Of a DNA stretch of 64,000 nucleotides, positions 52,740-63,975 are shown piece by piece (positions within the stretch are counted from its first letter, which is position 1; each line of letters starts with the position of its first letter). Under the pieces are notes generated by a model, which ran no database searches, was not told the origin of the DNA, and saw only the letters and a list, made by a program, of their open reading frames with translations. The position numbers were made by a program, and so were the translations under genes. Where the stretch lies: contig NC_081358.1 in assembly GCF_030684315.1 (NCBI RefSeq), forward strand, positions 69,935,817-69,999,816, in the 5' to 3' direction. This DNA comes from Stegostoma tigrinum. Its lineage: Eukaryota.

Positions 52740-54030
52740 TTTGTCTGTGAATGAAATGCAAGCGCATCTCTTCCTGCTCCAACACAGTTACCTCAGCAAT
52801 CTTTTAAAGATATTCCTGGGCCTCCTTTCCTCATCTACAGGAGCAGCATCATCCAACTTGAAGGCATAACATCAATGTTTCACACAAATGCTGACAACCC
52901 TGGTTCTACCTCTTCACCACCTCTCTTGATTCATCATGACTATTAAATCTTCATCCTAGTTCTCTGTCGTCCAGTACTGGATGAGCAGAAATGTTCTTCA
53001 ATTGCGTATTTTGAAGTTCGAAATCATTGTTTTTGCTTTACATTCCAAACCTCATTCTCTTGCTACTGACTGTATCTGTCTTCCTGGTAATGCCTGAGAC
53101 CAAACCAGATTGTTCACAATTTTGGTATTACATTTGGCACTGACATAAATCTCTGACAACATATTTGCACAATCTGTAAGACCAGATTTTTTTTTTATTT
53201 CTGTAATATTGCCTGACTTCACTTCTGCCTCAACTCATCTGTTGCCGAAATACTTATTTATGCCCTTGCTAGGCTTCATTAATACAGTACAAGATTAGGG
53301 AGATGAACTTATACAGGCACTGGTTAGACTTCATTTGGCGTATTGTATATAGTTTTGGGTGCCACACTGTAGGAATGATGTGAATGCATTGGGAGAATGC
53401 AGAAGATATTTCCTGTAATGGTACCAAGGTCCAGAAAATTCAGTCATGAGGAAAAGTTGAAGAAGTTGGGATTGTTTTCCTTGGATGGGATTGGAATTGG
53501 AGGGGATTAATAGAAGTTTTCAAAAACTTGAGGGATCTGACAGAGTAGGTAGAGAGAAGCTGTTGCCATTCATTAAGAATTGGGAATCCAGATTCACAGT
53601 GTTAAAGTGTTTTGCAGAAGATGCTAGTCTTCCACATTCCACCCTTTGTGCACCATATGTCATCAAACATTTTGCTGCTCCTGACCTAACTTACAATGCC
53701 ATTCAGCCATCATTCCTACATTAGCTCCCAATCAAACCAGGTTTTGGAACTCCCATTCTTACTTGCAAATCCCTCTGCAGCCTACCTACCACTTATCTTT
53801 GTAACATTCTCCAATTTTACAACCCACTTCATTAATCTAATCTGCGCTGCTTGAGCATCCTTGATTTTAATTCCTCCACTTTTGCTGCCTTTAGCTGGAA
53901 ACATTCTAGGCTCTGTAATTTCCTCCCCAAATCCCTTTGACTCTCGATACCTCTTCTTTCAAGACACTTGTCACTCTTCTATCTCTGACCAAGTTTTATA
54001 ATGTGATACTCCTGTAAAGTGCCTATGTAT
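52740..54030 (+). mobile_element. Old L2 LINE RT/3' part with a nested CR1 fragment (~53290-53620)
   Basis: FHTNADN..YL and WMSRNVLQL..FEIIVF motifs typical of the L2 RT C-terminus; L2-type 3' end tcctgtaaagtgcc. Confidence 0.72.
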
Positions 54031-54955
54031 GCAAAGTAAGTCATTGGTAGAGTATCATTTTTATTTCTTTCGTTGAGATTTGTCAGAAAGAAGTTTAAAA
54101 TTTCTCTTTTTCATATTTGATAGATTTCATTTTAAAATAATTGGACAAATTGTTCATATTCTTTGTTCACTCTTTTGTCACTTGAGAAGGTCATTTATCT
54201 CAGATTAGACTTCATTGATGTAATTAGGGTCTGTCACTGACCTACCTATGACTAGAGCCCATGAGAGTTGTGGTGAGGAATGTTAGCAGGGAAAAATGGA
54301 CAAAGGTAGCTCTTAAAGGGGTGGGAAGATAGAGCTGTTGAAACTGCTGCTGGTTGAATTGCTGTCTCGAAGGACTTTCCGAGAATGTCAAGAGACCCAC
54401 GTAAACTGATATAATAAAAGCTGGTGAACACAGCAGGCCGAGCACGAAAGCTGACATTTTGTGTCTAGACCTTTCTTCTAACCCTACTGTGAAGCCTCTT
54501 CTAAGAATTAACCCCATCACATAAACTGATTCTGGGTTTTATCAAAGGGGACTCAAGGCTAAAATAGCTGCAGCAGTGTATAAAGGTGGAGGAGTAATTT
54601 GCTTAGCTAAAGATAATATGACAAGAACCTGGAAAGGGAGAGTAGGAACCAAGAGGGACTATGAGAAAAAGAAATGAATATAGAAATAATGGACTTGATT
54701 TTGCAATGGCAGCTAAAACATACATGCAAATAGACAAAGAGGGAACTGGGTTGCAAATGCACATTAGGGTTTAGAAAAGAAAGAAGTTTCTAACTTTGGT
54801 CATACACTCATTATTTGAATGTTACCACAAAAAGTTATAATATCAAATTATCCAATCAATATCAAACTACCAACACATGGGTGTAAAATTTCACCAGTTC
54901 TGTAATCTCACCAAATATTAAAGCAGTGCCGAAAACAAGGCCTATAAACCTAAGA

Positions 54956-55062
54956 CAACAAAGTATGGAGCTGGATGAACACAGCAGGGCAAATGCTGCT
55001 TGGCCTGCTGTGTTCATCCAGCTCCACACTTTGTTATCTCGGATTCTCCAGCATCAGCAGCT
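54956..55062 (+). mobile_element. Very short palindromic mini-PLE (family A)
   Basis: Perfect 15 bp direct repeat cctataaacctaaga (54941-54955 and 55063-55077) around ~35 bp inverted arms and the tail. Confidence 0.88.
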
Positions 55063-55317
55063 CCTATAAACCTAAGATTGTTTTATGATTTTTCCCCTGA
55101 ATCTCTCCTTTTGTATTTTATGGGTTTTCAACGTCAATTAGTGGTCTTTTTTCCAATTGTCAAGTCGTTTATTAGGTAAGTGTCATAACCCTCCATTTAT
55201 GATGAGTTCCTAATGTTTTATTGGTGAAGCCATTGAGCCTGATCTCTGGTTTGTATGGACTCTGAGAGACAGCAGTAGATCAAATGTAAGCAAAATACTG
55301 TAGGTAACCCATGACAT

Positions 55318-55862
55318 CATGTCGTTTTGTGGCTAGTTGATGTTCATGTATCCTGGTGGCTGGCTTTCTGCCTGTTTGTTCAATGTAGTGTTTTGGAGCC
55401 AATCTACCATCCTCTGAGAAAAAGAACAAAAACACTACATTGGACAAACAGGCAGAAAGCTAGCTACCAGGATACATGAACATCAACTAGCCACAAAATG
55501 ACATGACCCACTATCACTAGTATCTTTACATACAGATGAGGGAGGACACTACTTTGATTGGGACAACACATCCATCCTAGGACAAGCCAAACAGAGACAC
55601 GCACGAGAATTCCTAGAAGCATGGCATTCCAACCGGAACGCCATCAACAAACACATTGATTTGAAGCCAATCTGCCATCCTCTGAGAAAAAGAACAGAAA
55701 ATGACATCATCAACGCAAGGAAACCTAAACAGATAAATAGAAAGCAGGACATAAAACCAGCGCTTCATCGGAGGCTCATTGATGATATTACCTAGAATGG
55801 TGACGAAAAGTCTGAAAACTAACCTTCTAGCTCAGCGAGCCAACTCACATCCAGAAACTCAA
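55318..55862 (+). mobile_element. Penelope-like element (family D, Poseidon-like GIY-YIG 3' end); continues at 61608-61646
   Basis: Reads HYIGQTGRKLATRIHEHQLATK..HYFDWDNTSILGQAKQRHAREFLEAWHSNRNAINKHIDL. Hammerhead-like tca-TTGATGA-t-attacc-tagaat-ggtgac-GAAA-agtc-tga at 55776-55815. Confidence 0.87.
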
Positions 55863-58158
55863 GATAACAAAGTGTGGAGCTGGATGAACACAGCAGGCCA
55901 AGCAGCATCTCAGGAGCACAAAAGCTGAAGTTTCGGGCCTAGACCCTTCATCAGAGAGGGGGATGGGATGAGGGTTCTGGAATAAATAGGGAGAGAGGGG
56001 GAGACGGACCGAAGATGGAGAGAAAAGAAGATAGGTGGAGAGGAGAGTATAGGTGGGGAGGTAGGTAGGGGATAGGTCAGTCCAGGGAAGACGGACAGGT
56101 CAAGGCGGTGGGATGAGGTTAGTAGGTAGGAAATGGAGGTGCGGCTTGACGTGGGAGGAAGGGATGGGTGAGAGGAAGAACAGGTTAGGGAGGCAGAGAC
56201 AGACTGGGCTGGTTGTGTGATGCAGTGGGGGGAGGAGGTCAACTGGGTTGGTTTTGGGATGCGGTGGAGGAATGGGAGATTTTGAAGCTGGTGAAGTCCA
56301 CATTGATACCATTGGGCTGCAGGGTTCCCAAGCGGAATATGAGTTGCTGTTCCTGCAACCTTCAGGTGGCATCCTTGTGGCACTGCAGGAGGCCCATGAT
56401 GGACATGTTGTCTGAAGAATGGGAGAGGGAGTTAAAGTGGTTCGCGACTGGGAAGTGCAGTTGTTTATTGCGAACCGAGCGAAGGTGTTCTGCAAAGCGG
56501 TCCCCAAGCCTCCGCTTGGTTTCCCCAATGTAGAGGAAGCCACACCGGGTACAATGGATACAGTATACCACATTGGCAGATGTGCAGGTGAACCTCTGCT
56601 GAATGTGGAAAGTCATCTTGGGGCCTGGGATGGGGGTGAGGGAGGAGGTGTGGGGGCAAGTGTAGCACTTCCTGCTGTTGCAGGGGAAGGTGCCGGGTGT
56701 GGTGGGGTTGGAGGGCAGTGTGGAGTGAACAAGGGAGTCACGGAACAGTGGTGTCTCCGGAAGACAGACAAGAGTGGGGATTGAAAATGTCTTGGGTGGT
56801 GGGGTTGGATTGTAGATGGCGGAAGTGTCGGATGATGATGCGTTGTATCAGGAGGTTGGTGGGGTGGTGTGTGAGAACGAGGGGGATCCTCTTAGGGCTG
56901 TTGTGGCGGGGGCGGGGTGTGAGGGATGTGTTGAGGGAAATGCGGGAGATGTGGTCAAGGGCGTTCTCGACCACTGCGGGGGAAAAGTTGCAGTCCTTGA
57001 AGAACTTGGACATCTGGGATGTGCGGGAGTGGAATGCCTCATCCTGGGAGCAGATGCGGCGGAGGTGGAGGAATTGGGAATAGGGGATGGAATTTTTGCA
57101 GGAGGGTGGGTGGGAAGAGGTGTAATCTAGATAGCTGTGGGAGTCAGTTTGCTTGAAATGGACATCAGTTACTAGCTGGTTGCCTGAGATGGGGACTAAG
57201 AGGTCCAGGAAGGTGAGGGATGTGTTGGAGATGGTCCAGGTGAACTTGAGGTTGGGGTGGAAGGTGTTGGTGAAGTGGATGAACTGTTCGAGCTCCTCTG
57301 GGGAGCAAGAGGCGGCGCCGATACAGTCATCAATGTAACGGAGGAAGAGGTGCGGTTTGGGGCCTGTGTAGGTGCGGAAGAGGGACTGTTCCACGTAACC
57401 TACAAAGAGGCAGGCATAGCTGGGGCCCATGCGGGTGCCCATGGCCACCCCCTTGGTCTGTAGGAAGTGGGAGGAATCGAAACAGAAGTTGTTGAGGGTG
57501 AGGACGAGTTCGGCAGGGCGTATGTGGGTGTCAGAGGAGGGGGACTGGTCGGGCCTGCGGGACAGGAAGAAGCAGAGGGCCTTGAGGCCATGTGCATGAT
57601 GAATACAGGTGTACAGGGACTGGACGTCCATGGGGAAAATGAGGTGTTGGAGGCAAGGGAATTGGAAGTCCTGGAGGAGGCGGAGGGCGTGGGTGGTGCC
57701 ATGGATGTAGGTAGGGAGTTCCTGGACCAAAGGGGAGAAAATGGAGTCCAGATAGGTGGAGATGAGTTCGGTGGATCAGGAACAGGCTGAGACAATTGGT
57801 CGACCAGGGCAGGTAGGTTTGTGGATTTTGGGAAGGAGGTAGAAATGGGCCATGTGGGGTTGGGGAACAATGAGGTTGGAGGCTGTGGGTGGGAGGTCCC
57901 CTGAGGTGATGAGGTCATGGATGGTGTTGGAAATGATGGTTTGGTGCTCGGGGGTGGGGTCATGATCGAGGGGCGGTAGGAGGAGGTGTCGGAGAGTTGG
58001 CGTTTGGCCTCAGCGATGTAGAGGTCAGTGCATCATACTATCACTGTGCCACCCTTGCCTGCGGGCTTGATGGTGAGGTCGGGGTTGGAGCAGAGGCGGC
58101 AGAGGGAGCAGAGGGCTGCCCATTCTGCGGGAGAGAGGTTGGAGTAGGTGAGAGGGGT
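55863..58158 (-). mobile_element. Penelope-like element (family A), inverted arm: RT plus GIY-YIG, frameshifted
   Basis: ORF 56738-57730 (MDVQSLYT, QTKGVAMGTRMGPSYA, RYIDD, FLDL) and ORF 56362-56616 (VVYCIHC..YIGETKR..RFAEH). Confidence 0.95.
55925..55956 (-). ncRNA. Minimal hammerhead ribozyme motif in the pLTR
   Basis: ct-CTGATGA-a-gggtctaggccc-GAAA-cttc-ag: core boxes intact, stem III palindrome mutated (ACGT to ACTT). Confidence 0.55.
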
Positions 58159-59201
58159 ACCCGCATGGGCCCCAGCTATGCCTGCCTCTTTGTAGGTTAC
58201 GTGGAACAGTCCCTTTTCCGCACCTACACAGGCCCCAAACCGCACATCTTCCTCCGCTACATTGATGACTGTATCGGCGCCGCCTCTTGCTCCCCAGAGG
58301 AGCTCGAACAGTTCATCCACTTCACCAACACCTTCCACCCCAACCTCAAGTTCACCTGGACCATCTCCAACACATCCCTCACCTTCCTGGACCTCTCAGT
58401 CCCCATCTCAGGCAACCAGCTAGTAACTGATGTCCATTTCAAGCCCACTGACTCCCACAGCTATCTGAAAACACCTCCTCCCACCCACCCTCCTGCAAAA
58501 ATTCCATCCCCTATTCCCAATTCCTCTGCCTCCGCCGCATCTGCTCCCAGGATGAGGCATTCCACTCCCGCACATCCCAGATGTCCAAGTTCTTCAAGGA
58601 CCGCAACTTTCCCCCCGCAGCGGTCGAGAACGCCCTTGACCACATCTCCCGCATTTCCCTCAACAAATCCCTCACACCCCGCCCCCGCCATAACCGCCCT
58701 AAGAGGATCCCCCTCGTTCTCACACACCACCCCACCAACCTCCTGATACAACGCATCATCATCCGACACTTCCGCCATCTACAATCCGACCCCACCACCC
58801 AAGACATTTTTCCATCTCCACCCTTGTCTGCCTTCCGGAGAGACCACTGTTCCGTGGCTCCCTTGTTCACTCCACACTGCCCTCCAACCCCACCACACCC
58901 GGCACCTTCCCCTGCAACAGCAGGAAGTGCTACACTTGCCCCCACACCTCCTCCCTCACCCCCATCCCAGGCCCCAAGATGACTTTCCACATTCAGCAGA
59001 GGTTCACCTGCACATCTGCCAATGTGGTATACTGTATCCATTGTACCCGGTGTGGCTTCCTCTACATTGGGGACCGCTTTGCAGAACACCTCTGCTTGGT
59101 TCGCAATAAACAACTGCACCTCCCAAATGCGAACCCCTCCCATTCTTTAGATGACATGTCCATCATGGGCCTCCTGCAGTGTCACAAGGATGCCACCCGA
59201 A
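58155..59201 (+). mobile_element. Penelope-like element (family A), direct arm part 1
   Basis: Starts at GTRMGPSYA and runs through RYIDD and the thumb into the GIY-YIG region; stops at the junction with duplicated host DNA. Confidence 0.93.
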
Positions 59202-60343
59202 ATAGGAGCAGATTTAGGCCATTCAGCCCTTCAAGCCTGCTCCACCATTCAATAATGGACTGCAGAATTTTAGGGATGGGCAAAAAGTGACAGTCTTACC
59301 AGGCATGATCACATCCTTCAAATGAATGAAAAAAAAACTTCAGTAATTAAATTTATAGTAAAGGCAGTGTTTTTCTTCATCATAAATTGTCTCAAACAGA
59401 GCAGGCAAACAAACCTAGAATGAACTTTAATGACCATGAAGCTAGTAAAGTCCAGAGCTCATTCTATTTATTTCAATCAAATTTCCTCTTATTCTACCAT
59501 AAATTATTAGGGGAAAATATTTCACTTAGTGCTGACCAGTAATGATTCTCTGGTACAGACATTGTCCTGTCCAGGCAATGAACTATGTGGCATGCATAGA
59601 GTCCTTCGGAGGGTTTCCTCCAGGTGCTCCGGTTTCCTCCCACAGTCCAAAGATGTGCAGGCTAGGTGGATTGGCCATGCTAAATTGCCCATAGTGTTCC
59701 GGGATGTGTAGATTAGTGGGGGTTTTAGGGAGAACGGTCTGGGTGGGATGCTCCGAAGGTTGGTGTGGACCAGTTGGACTGAAGGGCCTATTTCCACACT
59801 ATAGGGATTCTATGATTCTTTGATGATTATGATCCATGGTGCTGTCGGGTCCCAGGGAATCAACAAATAATGCAAGAAGCAGTGCAACCCAAACATATGT
59901 TTTATTTATTCTGATAAAGCTGACAACTAGCATTTAGTTCCATTCTTATCAATCTAATATTTGTCTGTGAATGAAATGCAAGCGCATCTCTTCCTGCTCC
60001 AACACAGTTACCTCAGCAATCTTTTAAAGATATTCCTGGGCCTCCTTTCCTCATCTACAGGAGCAGCATCATCCAACTTGAAGGCATAACATCAATGTTT
60101 CACACAAATGCTGACAACCCTGGTTCTACCTCTTCACCACCTCTCTTGATTCATCATGACTATTAAATCTTCATCCTAGTTCTCTGTCGTCCAGTACTGG
60201 ATGAGCAGAAATGTTCTTCAATTGCGTATTTTGAAGTTCGAAATCATTGTTTTTGCTTTACATTCCAAACCTCATTCTCTTGCTACTGACTGTATCTGTC
60301 TTCCTGGTAATGCCTGAGACCAAACCAGATTGTTCACAATTTT
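59199..60343 (+). repeat. Direct duplicate of host sequence 51979-53123
   Basis: Offset 7220; no differences seen by eye. Identical ORFs at 52302/59522 and 52309/59529. Confidence 0.95.
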
Positions 60344-60347
60344 CCCA

Positions 60348-61606
60348 ATTCCCAATTCCTCTGCCTCCGCCGCATCTGCTCCCAGGATGAGGCATTCCAC
60401 TCCCGCACATCCCAGATGTCCAAGTTCTTCAAGGACCGCAACTTTCCCCCCGCAGCGGTCGAGAACGCCCTTGACCACATCTCCCGCATTTCCCTCAACA
60501 AATCCCTCACACCCCGCCCCCGCCATAACCGCCCTAAGAGGATCCCCCTCGTTCTCACACACCACCCCACCAACCTCCTGATACAACGCATCATCATCCG
60601 ACACTTCCGCCATCTACAATCCGACCCCACCACCCAAGACATTTTTCCATCTCCACCCTTGTCTGCCTTCCGGAGAGACCACTGTTCCGTGGCTCCCTTG
60701 TTCACTCCACACTGCCCTCCAACCCCACCACACCCGGCACCTTCCCCTGCAACAGCAGGAAGTGCTACACTTGCCCCCACACCTCCTCCCTCACCCCCAT
60801 CCCAGGCCCCAAGATGACTTTCCACATTCAGCAGAGGTTCACCTGCACATCTGCCAATGTGGTATACTGTATCCATTGTACCCGGTGTGGCTTCCTCTAC
60901 ATTGGGGACCGCTTTGCAGAACACCTCTGCTTGGTTCGCAATAAACAACTGCACCTCCCAAATGCGAACCCCTCCCATTCTTTAGATGACATGTCCATCA
61001 TGGGCCTCCTGCAGTGTCACAAGGATGCCACCCGAAGGTTGCAGGAACAGCAACTCATATTCCGCTTGGGAACCCTGCAGCCCAATGGTATCAATGTGGA
61101 CTTCACCAGCTTCAAAATCTCCCCTTCCCCCACTGCATCCCAAAACCAGCCCAGTTCGTCCCCTCCCCCCACCGCATCACACTACCAGCCCAGCTCATCC
61201 CCTACCCCCACTGCATCCCAAAACCAGCCCAGCCTGTCTCTGCCTCCCTAACCTGTTCTTCCTCTCACCCATCCCTTCCTCCCACCTCAAGCCACACCTC
61301 CATTTCCTACCTACTAACCTCATCCCACCTCCTTGACCTGTCCGTCTTCCCTGGACTGACCTATCCCCTCTCTACCTTCCCACCTATACTCTCCTCTCCA
61401 CCTATCTTCTTTTCTCTCCATCTTCGGTCCGCCTTCCCCTCTCTCCCTATTTATTCCAGAACCCTCTCCCCATCCCCCTCTCTGATGAAGGGTCTAGGCC
61501 CAAAACGTCAGCTTTTGTGCTCCTAAGATGCTGCTTGGCCTGCTGTGTTCATCCAGCTCCACACTTTGTTATCTTGGATTCTCCGGCATCTGCAGTTCCC
61601 ATTATC
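60348..61606 (+). mobile_element. Penelope-like element (family A), direct arm part 2 with pLTR and tail
   Basis: 60348-61036 repeats 58513-59201 (offset 1835). Continues through the GIY-YIG end, a hammerhead-like motif at 61482 and the tail ...cagttcccattatc. Confidence 0.93.
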
Positions 61607-61649
61607 TCCAGAAACTCAACCTGAGCTGCAAATCTTCTCAAATCTCATT

Positions 61650-63130
61650 GTATTCTTCCAGTTTCTCCATTTCCGTTGCATCTGTTCTGATGCTGCCATC
61701 TCCTACTGGGCTGACTCTGACATGACCTATTGTAAGGTTGAACTTTAAACTTATTTTTTCATTTTTCTATTTTGTACCTCGGCATCTTTGCATCTGAGAT
61801 AGTGTAAGAAATGGTAATATTATACACTTTTCACTGTGCTCTTGTACTTTTGTACTTGACTACACGTGACACTAAAACCTAATTCCACACTATTTCTATT
61901 CTAATTCCACTGTTACCTCTTCACAATATTCCCTTCTATTGTGATCGACAGGCCCTCAGCCAAGCCCGACCTATCTCCTGGCCTCACCCATTCGTCTCCT
62001 TCCCTGACAATGATAGGGTTCCTCTTGTCCTCATTTCTTACTACACTGGTCTGTGCATTTAAAGGAACATCCTTTGCTGAATCTGCTACATGCAGCACGA
62101 TGGCACCATCAAACACATCTTCCCTTGTCCTTCATTGTCACCTTTCTGTAGGGACCATTCCTTCCATGACATCTTGGACCACTCCTCCATCATATCTCCT
62201 TGCTTTCCCATGGCACCTTCAATTGCAATCGCAGAGGCTGTATTATTTTACAATTCATCTCCCGTCTCCTAACTGTTCAAGGCCCCAAAAACATCTTGCA
62301 GGTGAAACAGCATTTCACTTGTAGTTTTTTTCATTCTAGTCTGCTGATTCTCTGCTCACTAATGTGGTCTCCTTTGTATTGATAAGACAAAACGTTTGGG
62401 GAATGCCTCTGCTCAGACTGCAGCAATGACCTTCCAGTTTCTTGACATTTCAATAAACCACCTTAATCTCATGTTAACATTTCTGTAATGGGCCTGCTGC
62501 AGTGTTCCAATGAAGCACAACACAAGCTCAAAGAACAACAGATAACAAAGTGTGGGGCTGGATGAACACAGCAGGCCAAGCAGCATTTTAGGAGCAGAAA
62601 AGCTGATGCTTCGGGCCTAGACCCTTCATCAGAAAAAAAGAGTTTAGGCCCGAAGCATCAGCTTTTGTGCTCCTAAGATGCTGCTTGGCCTGCTGTGTTC
62701 ATCCAGCCCCACACTTTGTTATCTTGGATTCTCAAGCATCTGCATCCCATTATCTCAAAGAACAACACCTTATTTTTCACACAGGAACATTACAGCCTCA
62801 ACACTGAATTCCACAATGATGTTTGTGCTCCATTTTCCTACATTCCTTACATCCACTTCCTAACAGCCTGTGTTGTTTATTTTGTTCTCAGTTAGGAGAC
62901 CCATTCTTGTCCTTTCCATGTTAATTTTCAACCACTTTATTTGTTTTCTTTCTCTTTCATTTCCATTAACAACCATTTCGTCTTTTGCACTGGACAATAT
63001 CTGTCCCCTCCACCTCTCCTACACCTGTGTTGTAAATATTAAAAGATCATTTTCCAATCTCTTTTCTATTCTGATAAAGAGTAATTTTCAACTCAAAATG
63101 TTCACTCTGTTTCTCTATGTACACATGCTG
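61650..63130 (+). mobile_element. Old, diverged Penelope-like element with nested insertions
   Basis: SQFLHFRCICSD, HGTFNCNRRGC..VQGPKNILQVKQHFTC and GLLQCSNEAQHKLKEQ resemble family A but are diverged. A probable LINE 3' UTR fragment sits at ~61731-61890. Confidence 0.75.
62541..62753 (+). mobile_element. Young palindromic mini-PLE (family A)
   Basis: 14 bp direct repeat ctcaaagaacaaca (62527-62540 and 62754-62767); near-perfect ~80 bp arms. Confidence 0.92.
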
Positions 63131-63859
63131 AGTGTCCTTAGTAATCTTTGTGTTTCTTTTAGGTCAAATGTGATTGTTTGTTATATTGAGGATTCTCTTC
63201 AATTGGCCATTCTTTCCCCTTTGAGGTCAAAGATTCCAAATGAGCACAAAGAACTGAGGATGCTGAAGATATGAAAGTAAAACTGAAATTGCTGGTGAGA
63301 CTGAATAGGTTAAGCAGCATCTGTAGAAGGAGTGAAGAAGAGTTTACATTTAGAGTCTCATGACTCTTCAATAGTTAACTCAGCTTTCTCCTCATAGATG
63401 TTGTTCTGCCAGAAACTTCTGTTTTTGTTTCATAATTTCCAACTTTATTTTCTACTTAATTGGTGCCTTAACTGTATTTCCCTGAATATTCCTATATCTT
63501 GGAACCAAGTTGACATGAGACATATTTTTGAAAAGATGGAAGGACTTGTAAATCTTTAAGAATAGTATGCTGGATCTTCATAGCTGGAACCTCCTATTCC
63601 ATTTCTGACATATCCGTTTGGGCCGTTAGGGGAAAGAGGAAGGACCTGATTCACTCAGGAGAGAAACCTAAAGTTAGCAGGCCGATTTGAACTGTATTTT
63701 GATGTCAAACAGAGCCAATTTTAGCCACAGGTGTGAAGTTATGCAGTGGAAGGAGACAGACTTAAAAGTTGAATTGGGTCTGAATAACAGTCTGATCTGT
63801 ATTTTTGTTTTAATCATCTGCTATTTAAACCTAAAGAAAAAGCTACAACAAGGGTTTAA

Positions 63860-63975
63860 AATGATGTGGATGTACTGGTGTTGACCAGGCCAGAAATCAA
63901 ACAACACTAGGTTATAGTCCAACAGGTTTATTTGAAAATACAAGCTTTTGGAGCCTTATACCTTCAGGTGTTAGT
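63860..63975 (-). mobile_element. Penelope-like element 3' end (family C), degenerate
   Basis: ggttatagtccaacaggtttattt...agcttttggagc...ccttcaggtg, the reverse complement of a hammerhead-type pLTR end. Confidence 0.55.

Noticed and set aside
54290-54312. tggacaaag-gtag as the end of the missing Ig3 exon (WTK)
   Set aside because: The upstream sequence has no Ig-like translation or suitable acceptor.
56738-57730. 330 aa RT ORF as an active or domesticated gene
   Set aside because: The element is 5'-truncated and frameshifted relative to both the upstream RT part and the GIY-YIG ORF.
56100-61526. Many long overlapping ORFs rich in Pro/Ser or Gly/Val/Trp
   Set aside because: Alternative-frame and antisense readings of the C-rich PLE, not host genes.
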